DNA of 32,000 nucleotides from Promethearchaeia archaeon (GTDB lineage: Archaea; Asgardarchaeota; Lokiarchaeia; Sigyniarchaeales; SOKP01), in contig JAWOFX010000113.1 in NCBI GenBank assembly GCA_046497275.1, positions 10,869 to 42,868 of the forward strand, written 5' to 3'. The translations under genes were made by a program, and so were the position numbers. The notes beneath the pieces were generated by a model. That model was given only the letters and a program-made list of their open reading frames with translations, made no database searches and was not told the origin of the DNA. Each line of letters begins with the position of its first letter. Positions within the stretch are counted from its first letter, which is position 1. Shown in pieces: positions 1-9,496 of the stretch.

Positions 1-146
1 TAAGATTTATCGTTTGGTTAAATATTATAAAGATAATGATGTTTTAGCCCCCGATTTTAAGTATGATTCTGAAAGAGTAAGAACTCTTGTGGCAAAATGA
101 TATCTTTTTATCTACATTCAAAATTATTTAAATAGGATTATTTAAT

Positions 147-968
147 ATGAGTCAAAAATCAAAATCTAAACGAAGAAAAAGAAAACCTAAAACAAAGAAA
201 GCAGATTATAGATCAAAAAAATGGTTCGAAGTGTATGCTCCTGAAAGTTTCGATAATAAAAAAATTGGAGAAATTATTGGATTAGAAAATAATGTTTTAG
301 ACAGAACCGTAGAAACTCTCTTATATGACTTCACAGATAATTATGATGATATTAGTTGCAAATTAAGATTTAAAGTGATCAATGTAAATACGGAGGCACA
401 GAATTGTTATACTACTTTAGTTGGACATGAATACACAAGTGATTATATTAGAAGCTTGGTTGGAAGAGGGGCTACAAAAATAACAACAATAAATAATTTC
501 ACCACTAAGGATGAATATATTTATCGTTTAACTACTGTTTGTGTTACAATTCGAAGAGCTCGTAGTTCTCAACAAAATTTAATTAGAAAAATAATGAGGA
601 AAATCCTTAATGAGTTTTCGAAAACAACAGAACACGAAAAATTCATCCGTGGAATGATATTCGGAGAGTTCGAAAATCAGATTAAGAGAATCGCGAAAAC
701 TATTTATCCTCTTTCCAGTTGTACGATAATAAAGAGTAAATTGATTTCTATGCCTGAAGGAGGTACTGACAAAGAAATTAAAGATGAAGAGTTTGATATT
801 GTAGAAATAGATGTTGAGAGATCAAGAAAATCTGAGATACGTCGATCAGAGAGAATTAATGTCAAAAAGTATGCTTATGAAAAGCAAAAAGAAGAAGAGG
901 AAGAGTCTGAAGAAGAGTCTGAAGAAGAATCTGAAGAAGAAGTCGAAGAGGAAATCAAAGAAGAGTAA
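147..968 (+). CDS. rps3ae: 30S ribosomal protein S3Ae (eS1) with long charged/acidic C-terminal extension
   Basis: KKWFEVYAP, RTVETLLYDFT, KLRFKV, GHEYTSDYIRSLVGRG and KTIYPL match eS1 family motifs. Confidence 0.95.
   Translation: MSQKSKSKRRKRKPKTKKADYRSKKWFEVYAPESFDNKKIGEIIGLENNVLDRTVETLLYDFTDNYDDISCKLRFKVINVNTEAQNCYTTLVGHEYTSDYIRSLVGRGATKITTINNFTTKDEYIYRLTTVCVTIRRARSSQQNLIRKIMRKILNEFSKTTEHEKFIRGMIFGEFENQIKRIAKTIYPLSSCTIIKSKLISMPEGGTDKEIKDEEFDIVEIDVERSRKSEIRRSERINVKKYAYEKQKEEEEESEEESEEESEEEVEEEIKEE
891..960 (+). repeat. Imperfect 12-bp tandem repeat (GAAGAAGAGTCT-like) encoding the EEES poly-acidic tail of eS1
   Basis: gaagaagaggaagagtctgaagaagagtctgaagaagaatctgaagaagaagtcgaagag seen directly. 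Confidence 0.85.
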
Positions 969-1008
969 AATTAGAATAGGAAAAATAAAGATTTATTTAG
1001 TATACTAA

Positions 1009-1021
1009 TCCCTTTTTTTAT
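1009..1021 (+). terminator. Oligo-T tract downstream of rps3ae, possible archaeal terminator
   Basis: ccc followed by a T run about 45 nt after the stop codon. Confidence 0.4.
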
Positions 1022-1130
1022 ATAGGTAATATTGATTCTTATTCAAAGATCCTTCATTAAATTCATCTTATAATTTAAAATAAATAGCTTTCTTATTTAT
1101 TATTAAAAATAATTTAATTAGGTTAAAATT

Positions 1131-2849
1131 ATGTGTGCTCAATATCAAGAAGGTGATAAAAATAATCCTTACGATTTTGATGATTACTTATTCGTGAGGG
1201 ATAATTTTAATTACTATGATGATGAGGAATTCTTCCAAGCCTTAATCAAAACATTTATACCAGAAAATGAATTTGAAAAAATTGATCGTGATTTAAGGGC
1301 ATTATCGGACTATGTTTCGTTCCGATTTCGAGATCTTGCTGAGGAGGCAAATCAGCTTGAAAATCGAATTAAAGTTACTAAAGTGAAACATTATGATGCC
1401 CATAACCATAGAATTGACAGAATCGAGCGGTGTGGAGAGACGGAAACTTTAGAAAAAGAAATCTTTAGCCTTGGATTATTCGATCCGAATCGAAATACTG
1501 CTTGGTCAAGGTTTGCGAAGATGTTCCTTTTATATCAGAACAGTGAATTTGGTTGTATGTGTCCAATTGCATGCACCCATGGAATGTACGAGTTTTTACA
1601 AAAATACGAGGACGATCTTGATCCTGAAGCAAAAAAAATACTTCATCATATCAGAGATGGCATAGAAGGAGATTATGGGGTTGGTGCTCAATTTGTAAGT
1701 GAAATTCAAGGTGGAAGTGATGTACCAGCAAATTTAGTTGAAGCTGTTTTTGAAGAGGAAGAAGGAGAAGATGGAATATCACATTGTTGGCGATTATATG
1801 GTCAAAAATTCTTTTGTTCTGCAGTCCACGCAGACTATGCTGTGGTTACGGCCAAACCTAAAGGAGTTCCCTCTTCTACACGTGTAGCAGCCTTTCTTGT
1901 ACCCTCATGGTTATCAGGAAATAAAGAAAAAGAAATTCGAAACTCTTATACAATTGACAGGTTGAAACCAAAGATGGGTACATCAGAATTACCAACTGCG
2001 GAAGTTACTTATAATGGTGCTATTGGGTATCCTATTGGTCCTTTGGAAAAAGGACTTGCAAACGTGGTTGGAATAGTTCTCTCAATATCACGACTTCATG
2101 TGGCTTTCGGTATGGCAGCAGCAGCTTTACGCATTGCTCGAGAAGCTACATTATATGCCCAATTCCGCGAAGCTTTTGGGGTTCCTGTTTCAAATTTTCC
2201 CTTAATGATAAATCAAATTAACGATCTCAATCAATATGCCAAGAGAGCTGCAGCAGGAGCATTTAAAATATATTCAGAGTATATTCATTTTGATGAAGAG
2301 CTTATTTCAGGAATAAGAAATCTACAAGAAATTGATAATATGAAAGAGCGAAAGCGTCGATTTCGGTTAAGAGAATTAATAATGCTCCAAAAAATTGTTG
2401 TAGCAGATGATGCTCCAACAATGATACGAATGGCAATTTCTTTCTTTGGGGGACATGGAGTAATGGAAGATTTCTTATCATTCCCCAGATTTTTCCGGGA
2501 TAGTATAATCATGGAATTATGGGAAGGTCCTCGTAATGTATTGCTTACTCAAATTCATAGAGATTTTCAAAGAGTTGCTGAATGGTATTCTGCGGATGAA
2601 TTTATAAAAGACCTGCTAGATGGTCTAGAAAAAGAAAGAGTCCAGGATCTTGCCATGAGGTTTCAGAAAATAATTTCTCATGATTCATTGCTAAAAGCAG
2701 ATGAAGAGACTCTTCAATTATGTCGAGATTGGCAATCACTATCAAATGAAATATTCCATGCGTATCAAGATTTAGCTTTAAAAGAAATGGGTTATGAAGA
2801 AAAAGCCTTAAAGTTTTCAAAGCTATTACGAAAATTTAGGAATAAATAA
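1131..2849 (+). CDS. Acyl-CoA dehydrogenase (AidB-like subfamily)
   Basis: GAQFVSEIQGGSDV, LYGQKFFCS, IDRLKPKMGTSELPTAEV, FGGHGVMEDF, LWEGPRNV. Confidence 0.9.
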   Translation: MCAQYQEGDKNNPYDFDDYLFVRDNFNYYDDEEFFQALIKTFIPENEFEKIDRDLRALSDYVSFRFRDLAEEANQLENRIKVTKVKHYDAHNHRIDRIERCGETETLEKEIFSLGLFDPNRNTAWSRFAKMFLLYQNSEFGCMCPIACTHGMYEFLQKYEDDLDPEAKKILHHIRDGIEGDYGVGAQFVSEIQGGSDVPANLVEAVFEEEEGEDGISHCWRLYGQKFFCSAVHADYAVVTAKPKGVPSSTRVAAFLVPSWLSGNKEKEIRNSYTIDRLKPKMGTSELPTAEVTYNGAIGYPIGPLEKGLANVVGIVLSISRLHVAFGMAAAALRIAREATLYAQFREAFGVPVSNFPLMINQINDLNQYAKRAAAGAFKIYSEYIHFDEELISGIRNLQEIDNMKERKRRFRLRELIMLQKIVVADDAPTMIRMAISFFGGHGVMEDFLSFPRFFRDSIIMELWEGPRNVLLTQIHRDFQRVAEWYSADEFIKDLLDGLEKERVQDLAMRFQKIISHDSLLKADEETLQLCRDWQSLSNEIFHAYQDLALKEMGYEEKALKFSKLLRKFRNK

Positions 2850-2940
2850 TATCAATAAAATACATTAAATTATCCCTTGAAACAATACTTAATTTTTTTT
2901 AGATCCTATTTTTATGTAAAAATCTTATAAATTTTTATTA

Positions 2941-4248
2941 TTATTTTTTTAAACTAAGCTTTTTAAGAATAGTTCCTTTTTCAGGATCTTGATAATATAG
3001 AGTATTGGGTGGAATATCATCTGAGACAACTGCATGGGCTCCTATTTGAGCATTTTCACCGATTTTTTTCCCACACATTATACTAACATTAATACCTGTT
3101 TTCACATTTGGTCCAACAAAAGTTCCTAATTTTTTTCTTTTCGAATCAACTGGTTTTCCTTTAATATTCATGGAGATATTACCTTTATCAAGCCTTAGAT
3201 TCGCTACCTTTGTACCTGCACCAAAATTAACTTTATCAGCAATAATTGAATCTCCAAAATAATTAAAATGAGGAATATTTGTGTTTGAAAAAACTATAGA
3301 ATTTTTTAATTCACTCATTCCAATATAACAGTTATCTTGAATTGATGTGCCAGGACGTATAAAGGCATTTGGGCCAATAATATTATTTTTGCCTATATAA
3401 CATGGACCTTGAATATAGGATCCGGATCTAATTAATGTGTCCGCTCCAATGAAAACATTTCCTTTGATAATAACATTTTCCTCAATATCTCCATTAATAT
3501 CTCTATTAATCTTTTCTAATAATAACTTATTTGCATCTAATATTTGCCACGGTAGACCTATATCGTTCCAATTAGATTCTTCCAAGATATATCCGTAAAT
3601 TTTTCCATTTAATTTTTCGACTAATATCTCCATAGAATCAGTGAGTTCATATTCATTTCTGTTAGATAATTTGGTTTTTTCTATCGCTTCAAAAATTAAA
3701 GGGTTAAAAATGTAGATACCTGCATTTGCTAAATTTCCCAAATTTAGTTCAGCAGGAGGCTTTTCAGTTATTTTTTGTACCAAATTTTGAGAGTCCAATG
3801 AAATGATGCCATAATTAATTGGATTTTGGACTTCTATTAGAGATATAAGGCCCTCAACATTTTTATCTTTGTATTCATGAATGATTTTTTTGAAAATATC
3901 GGGATTTATTAATAAATCACCATAAATCATTAGGAAGTTATCATCTTTAACAAATGATTTCGCAAATCCAGTTGCATGGGCGGTTCCTAAATATTCATCT
4001 TGTGTTTTATAATTAATATTTAAACCGACTTTTTCTTTTCCATTTCCAAAATATTCTTGAATAATCTCTTTTTTATACCCTACAATTAGTAAAACATCCT
4101 CAATCCCAGCATTTTTAAGGGCTAAAAGGGTGTACTCCAACAGAGGGCGTCCCGCGAGAGGTATCATTGGTTTTGGTACAGAAGATGTGATTGGTTTTAA
4201 TCGTTTTCCCTCTCCGGCAACTAAGATAACTGCTTTCATAATACTCAC
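2941..4248 (-). CDS. glmU: Archaeal bifunctional sugar-1-phosphate nucleotidyltransferase/acetyltransferase (GlmU-type)
   Basis: AVILVAGEGKRLKPIT...PKPMIP nucleotidyltransferase motif; hexapeptide repeats; PHFNYFGDSII...NFGAGT. The real start may be the second Met (MKAVIL). Confidence 0.88.
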   Translation of the reverse strand: MSIMKAVILVAGEGKRLKPITSSVPKPMIPLAGRPLLEYTLLALKNAGIEDVLLIVGYKKEIIQEYFGNGKEKVGLNINYKTQDEYLGTAHATGFAKSFVKDDNFLMIYGDLLINPDIFKKIIHEYKDKNVEGLISLIEVQNPINYGIISLDSQNLVQKITEKPPAELNLGNLANAGIYIFNPLIFEAIEKTKLSNRNEYELTDSMEILVEKLNGKIYGYILEESNWNDIGLPWQILDANKLLLEKINRDINGDIEENVIIKGNVFIGADTLIRSGSYIQGPCYIGKNNIIGPNAFIRPGTSIQDNCYIGMSELKNSIVFSNTNIPHFNYFGDSIIADKVNFGAGTKVANLRLDKGNISMNIKGKPVDSKRKKLGTFVGPNVKTGINVSIMCGKKIGENAQIGAHAVVSDDIPPNTLYYQDPEKGTILKKLSLKK

Positions 4249-4307
4249 ATTAATTGGCTATATAAGAAAAGTAAATCATAAATTAAAAATTGATGAAGAA
4301 TGAGATA

Positions 4308-5216
4308 TTAATTTTTGAGATCCTCTACTAAATGAATGAGGTATTTTTTCAAATGTTTATATGGTTTCAAATCTCCACTAAATTCATTATATAATACTTC
4401 TTCATTTGAAATATTTTGTTTTAACTTGATAAAGGCTCGAAAAATTTGATCAAAATTTCCAGATGCAACAAAATCTAAAGAATAGCCATTAATATTTCCA
4501 TATAATATAATAATTTTATAGTTTTCGTCTCTTAAATCATTTAAATGTATTTCTTTTACTCTTGTTTCTGCTCTAATAGCAGTATTCATCTCAATAGTGG
4601 CAAGTTTTGCAGATAATTTTGAACAAAATACTTCAATAATATTCTCATCTGAATTACTACCGTTTAAGCTATAAAAAAACTCTGGATGAAATATTTTAGA
4701 AATTATAGGTAATCCTTGAGTAGAAATACCGCAGTAGAGAATTTTATTCTGAGCATTTAAGGGTTGATTAATTATCCCCAATTTTTGCCTTATATCTTCC
4801 GATTTTAATATATTATTATATTTCATTTTTAAGTAATCTGTCGTTAAATTAATCATTTCCTTAAATACAGAATTTTCTGAAGCTTTTTTCAAAAGATCTA
4901 TGGAACTATAAGATGATTCTACCTTATTATGAAAATCTTCTAACATACTATAAGTTTCTTCAGAATTGAAACTGAATTTACCACTTATACAGTAAAAAAT
5001 ATTATTCTCTCCCGATATAATATGTTTAATTACAATACGTTCAGTTCCATTATTATCATTTTCGAAAAAGATATTATTCAAACGCCAGATATTATTTGGA
5101 TTAATACCTTCAACTAATTTTTGAATAAATAGAACTGTTTCAAACAAGGGATATTTTTCTTTATTGGAGCAATAGAGAATATCATTATTAAGAATTACTG
5201 CGAATCCAGAAATCAT
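4308..5216 (-). CDS. Hypothetical protein, possibly two tandem longin-like domains
   Basis: 302-aa ORF; both halves open with a hydrophobic beta-strand then a helix (MISGFAVILNNDILY..; ILYCGISTQGLPIISK..). Fold is inferred. Confidence 0.55.
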   Translation of the reverse strand: MISGFAVILNNDILYCSNKEKYPLFETVLFIQKLVEGINPNNIWRLNNIFFENDNNGTERIVIKHIISGENNIFYCISGKFSFNSEETYSMLEDFHNKVESSYSSIDLLKKASENSVFKEMINLTTDYLKMKYNNILKSEDIRQKLGIINQPLNAQNKILYCGISTQGLPIISKIFHPEFFYSLNGSNSDENIIEVFCSKLSAKLATIEMNTAIRAETRVKEIHLNDLRDENYKIIILYGNINGYSLDFVASGNFDQIFRAFIKLKQNISNEEVLYNEFSGDLKPYKHLKKYLIHLVEDLKN

Positions 5217-5460
5217 TTTTGGTTAATTTGCTATAAGTGTTTTTATCTATCCTACTTTTATGTAAATATTGTAAAATATTAATTTTTTTCTATTTTTCAT
5301 TAATCCTTTATAAAGTAGGGGAAATTAAAGAGGATTTTTTTAAAATATCATACTAAAGATTATTAATATATATAGTTTTTAAGATTATAACTATTCATAT
5401 TATTGATTCTATGATTTCTTAATAAAATTTGGGTTCAATAAATCAATCTAAAATAAAAAA

Positions 5461-6273
5461 ATGAAAGTAATTAAGTTAGCTGAACGAAAAAAGATCCATA
5501 AAGCTGCAGAATTATTGGTTAACTCTAAAGAAGCTATTGCTTTAACCGGTGCAGGAGTATCTACAGAGTCAGGTATCCCAGATTTTCGTGGAGAGGGAGG
5601 GATTTGGGAAAAATATAAGCCCGAAATCTATGGAAATATAAAAAGCTTTATTAAAGACCCGACTAAATTCTGGAAGATGGCAGAAAAAGTCGCTCCTAAG
5701 TTATTTTCAGCCGAACCAAATGCAGGTCATATTGCATTAGCCGAATTAGAGGATATGGATCTCATTAAAGCAACTATAACACAAAATATAGACGAATTAC
5801 ATCAAAAGGCGGGTTCAGTTATAGTGTATGAAGTTCATGGAAATATTAATCGATTTACGTGCTTTGGTTGTAGAGCCAGCTATACTAAGGATCAAGTTAT
5901 GAGAAAATTAAAGAAAGAAAAACATTATCCTCCTCAGTGTGATGTTTGTTCTGCACCTCTTAAGCCTTCAGTTGTATTATTCGGAGAAAGTTTACCCACA
6001 TTCGAGATATATCAGTCTCAAGCTTTAGCAGAGAAAGCGGATGTAATGTTGATAGCAGGTTCCTCATTAACAGTAGATCCGGTGGCAGATCTTCCATTAT
6101 ACACGTTAGGGAACGGAGGAAAATTAATTATTGTAAATGATAAAAAAACCCATCTAGATGAACGAGCAGAAGTAGTGATTAATCATAAAACTGGGATGGT
6201 TTTACCTTTAATCGTTGAGGAAATAAAAAAGATTAAAACGTCTGGAGAATTTGAAGATGTCTCCAAGGCATAA
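5461..6273 (+). CDS. cobB: Sir2-family NAD-dependent protein deacylase
   Basis: GAGVSTESGIPDFRG, TQNIDELH, catalytic HG, CxxC..CxxC zinc site, LKPSVVLFGE, GSSL. Confidence 0.95.
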   Translation: MKVIKLAERKKIHKAAELLVNSKEAIALTGAGVSTESGIPDFRGEGGIWEKYKPEIYGNIKSFIKDPTKFWKMAEKVAPKLFSAEPNAGHIALAELEDMDLIKATITQNIDELHQKAGSVIVYEVHGNINRFTCFGCRASYTKDQVMRKLKKEKHYPPQCDVCSAPLKPSVVLFGESLPTFEIYQSQALAEKADVMLIAGSSLTVDPVADLPLYTLGNGGKLIIVNDKKTHLDERAEVVINHKTGMVLPLIVEEIKKIKTSGEFEDVSKA

Positions 6274-6306
6274 TAATTATCTTATTTTAGTCAAAGCGAT
6301 CTATAA

Positions 6307-7899
6307 ATGAAAGATGAACTGAATGTAATTATTAAAGATTTGCGTAATATAGATATAAAATTTGGATTAATTTATCCAAATATATACTCCATCGGAATGT
6401 CATCTTATTCTATTCGATTTTTATATTCTTATCTAAATTCCTTTGAAAATATAGCATGTGAACGGATTTTTCTCCCTCCAAAAATTAAATATCCTGCATC
6501 TATGGATTATAATTCTATAGATGTTCTTAGAAGCGTGGAAAATAAGCTTTTACCCGAGGATTTTGACATTTTAGGATTTTCTATTCAATTTGAAAATGAT
6601 TTTAGAAATATTTTATGGATATTAGAAAAGGGACGAATTCCCTTACTAAATAATAAGAGAGATAATAAAGAAAAAAAAATTGATCCCCCTTATCCATTGA
6701 TCATAGGAGGTGGTCCCGTAGCTACTTCTAATCCTATACCATTATCTAATATTTTTGATGCTTTTTTCATAGGAGATGCTGAGCCTAATTTAATGAATTT
6801 TTTAGAGCTTTTTATGAATTATAGGTATAATAATCAAAATAAACAAAATTTCTTACAAGAATTAAAAAATATCAAAGGAATCTATATTCCATCATTAAAC
6901 AATAGGACCAATCGAGCGATTTTAAAAGATTTAGATCAATCACATATGCCCATTTATCAAATTATGGCAAGAAGTGATTTAAAGGGTGGAAGTTTCGAGG
7001 ATACATATTTTATAGAAGTAAACCGAGGTTGTCCTTATAAATGTAAATTTTGCATCTCATCTTTTCATAATCGACCATTTCGCAATAGAAGTTTCCAAAA
7101 TATTAAAGAAATGATAGATATTGCGTCCGAAAATCTTGAATTTGAAAGAATAAGCTTAATAGGTTCATGTATCTCGGGACATCCCCAATTTTATGATATT
7201 TGTAAATATATTTTGAAAAAAAATAAAAGACTTTCAATTCCCTCGATCAGAATTGATCATATCTCTCCAAAAATTATCGATATATTAGAGAAAGGTGATA
7301 TTAAGACAATTACTATTGCTCCTGAATCTGGTTCTGAAAGTTTAAGATATGAGTTAGGAAAAAAAATATCAAACGAAAAGCTTTTTGATATTCTAGTTCA
7401 AATGAAAGAATCAAAGATCAGTAATGTTAAAATGTATTTTATAATTGGGTTACCAAATGAAAAAGATGAAGATATTGAAAAACTTATTAGACTAGTGAAA
7501 AAGATGGATAGTCTAGGCTTTGATAAGAACTCTCTGAAAATAAATATCAATCCATTAATTCCTAAACTTAACACACCATATGAGAAAGAAGTGGATTATT
7601 ATATTGAAAACAAAATAAAAATTCTAAAGAAAAGATTAGAAAAAATTGAAAATGAAATATCCAATCTAATTAGTATTAATTTAAAAACTCAAAAGATAGA
7701 TTCTTTAATAAAAAATGCCCGTTTACAAACTGTTTTTTCTTTAGGAAATAAAAATATCTCGGATCTTCTTATAAATTATTATAATAAAGGAGCAAATTTC
7801 GGAGCTTTACGAAGAGCTGAAAATAATTCAAAAATAAAAATAAATGATTATCTATTAGAAATTAAAAACTGTTATAGCCCTTGGAAATATGATCTTTAA
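6307..7899 (+). CDS. Radical SAM protein with N-terminal B12-binding-like domain
   Basis: IEVNRGCPYKCKFC (CxxxCxxC), IIGGGP, TIAPESGSE, YFIIGLP. Confidence 0.88.
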   Translation: MKDELNVIIKDLRNIDIKFGLIYPNIYSIGMSSYSIRFLYSYLNSFENIACERIFLPPKIKYPASMDYNSIDVLRSVENKLLPEDFDILGFSIQFENDFRNILWILEKGRIPLLNNKRDNKEKKIDPPYPLIIGGGPVATSNPIPLSNIFDAFFIGDAEPNLMNFLELFMNYRYNNQNKQNFLQELKNIKGIYIPSLNNRTNRAILKDLDQSHMPIYQIMARSDLKGGSFEDTYFIEVNRGCPYKCKFCISSFHNRPFRNRSFQNIKEMIDIASENLEFERISLIGSCISGHPQFYDICKYILKKNKRLSIPSIRIDHISPKIIDILEKGDIKTITIAPESGSESLRYELGKKISNEKLFDILVQMKESKISNVKMYFIIGLPNEKDEDIEKLIRLVKKMDSLGFDKNSLKININPLIPKLNTPYEKEVDYYIENKIKILKKRLEKIENEISNLISINLKTQKIDSLIKNARLQTVFSLGNKNISDLLINYYNKGANFGALRRAENNSKIKINDYLLEIKNCYSPWKYDL

Positions 7900-7937
7900 A
7901 TAGAAAGATAATTAAAAAAAATAGAAATTTAGAAAAT

Positions 7938-8441
7938 TCATTCAATTTTCTTAAATACTTTTTTCTTGGCGCCACATACAGGGCACTCGTCAGGTGCTTC
8001 TCCCTCAACTGTATAACCACATATAGGGCAAACATACATATCTTTCTCTTCTAAATCTTCTCCTTTTTCTGCAGCTTCTAATGCTTTATTATAGAGTTCG
8101 TGATGTACTTTTTCGACTTGATTTGCATAATCAAATGTTCTAATAGCTTGCTTATTATTTTCCTCTCTGGCGTCCTCTAAAAATTCTGGGTACATTTTTG
8201 TAAACTCATAATGCTCACCATTTATAGCTTCTTTCACATTTTCAACGGTTGATTGTATTCCACCCAAAGCACGTAAATGATTATGGGCATGAACGGTTTC
8301 TGCTGCTGCTGCGGCTTTAAATATTTTTGCAATTTGGGGGAAGCCATCTTTTTCTGCTTTTTCGGCAAATGCTAAATATTTTCTATTAGCTTGGCTCTCT
8401 CCTGAGAAAGCCTCCATTAAATCCTTTTCTGTTTTCGACAT
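7938..8441 (-). CDS. rbr: Rubrerythrin (ferritin-like domain plus C-terminal rubredoxin)
   Basis: AFSGESQANRKY, ETVHA, EHYE, EKVHH, CPICGY...CPVCG. Confidence 0.96.
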   Translation of the reverse strand: MSKTEKDLMEAFSGESQANRKYLAFAEKAEKDGFPQIAKIFKAAAAAETVHAHNHLRALGGIQSTVENVKEAINGEHYEFTKMYPEFLEDAREENNKQAIRTFDYANQVEKVHHELYNKALEAAEKGEDLEEKDMYVCPICGYTVEGEAPDECPVCGAKKKVFKKIE

Positions 8442-8571
8442 AAAATTTCATTGAATTTTTTTATAGTAGAGTGTAGGTTATTATATTTTAAATTACTTTT
8501 TTTAAAAAATAAAATGATCTTTAAATAGAGAAAGATTTGAACGTTCTAAACTATATTTCAGTTAGAAATAG

Positions 8572-9378
8572 TTAGGAATCTTTTTTAAGAATAGAATTGA
8601 TATTTTTGATAACTTTTTTTAATGAGTATTCCGCCATACCTAAAGTACTAACTTTAATATCAAAAATGAGTACAATAAAATAGTATTCATTAACATATCC
8701 CGAATAGATAAGCTCATTCTGAGAAGAATAAAATAATTTTAAAATCGAATTATTGCATATTTGAATCCTAAAATCTAAGTCCTTCAATAATTCTGCTAAT
8801 TTAACTGGTTTTAATGAACTATAAATAATATTTCCTTTGTTATTTAAAAGAATGAGGCCTTCTAATTTATTATTATGAAGAAAATCTATTAAATATCTTA
8901 TAATTGAATATTCCTTGGTTTTATTTTCAATACAGTATCCATTATTTTGTACTAAATTATCTACAAAGCTATTTATTATATCATGGTGGACATTTTGAAA
9001 ATTTATATTGATTCCGCTTTCTTTAATGTATTTTCGAACTCTAATATCTATTTTATTTACATAATCCTCTAATAGGAGTAAATTCACATGAGAATCACAT
9101 AGAAATCCATAGAAGAAGTTATCTCTCTGGATAATAACAATTCTAATATTATCCATGTCTATTGTTTTGACCTTTTTTCCAACCATTTCTATAGAAAAAG
9201 AGATTAAAGCAGAGCAAAAAGCTGTGATTAAATTGTCTTCCATTTTGTATTTATTTGAATAATTTCTAGCATATAAACACATACCTGCATTATTGAAAAT
9301 GAAAAAATAATGGATATTTATTTCTTCTTGAAAAATTTCGATATTATTATCTACTTTCGATGTATTTTCCACAGTCAC
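8572..9378 (-). CDS. Longin-like plus roadblock-like two-domain protein
   Basis: N-terminal half FFIFNNAGMCLYARNY..LITAFCSALISFSIEM (longin pattern); C-terminal half LEGLILLNNKGNIIYSSL (roadblock pattern); GTG start. Confidence 0.6.
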   Translation of the reverse strand: MTVENTSKVDNNIEIFQEEINIHYFFIFNNAGMCLYARNYSNKYKMEDNLITAFCSALISFSIEMVGKKVKTIDMDNIRIVIIQRDNFFYGFLCDSHVNLLLLEDYVNKIDIRVRKYIKESGININFQNVHHDIINSFVDNLVQNNGYCIENKTKEYSIIRYLIDFLHNNKLEGLILLNNKGNIIYSSLKPVKLAELLKDLDFRIQICNNSILKLFYSSQNELIYSGYVNEYYFIVLIFDIKVSTLGMAEYSLKKVIKNINSILKKDS

Positions 9379-9496
9379 ACCTATTTCTATCTAAAGAAGT
9401 ATAAAAAAACCACTGTTATTAAGGATAAATTTTAATTCAAAACAGAATTAAAAATAAAATTTTTAACGAGAACAAAAAAGAGAAGATTATTTTATT

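Noticed and set aside
5461-6273. Sirtuin as a desuccinylase or as part of an anti-phage Sir2 system
   Set aside because: It lacks the YxxR succinyl-binding motif, has an ordinary Zn-binding deacetylase architecture and has no defence partner gene
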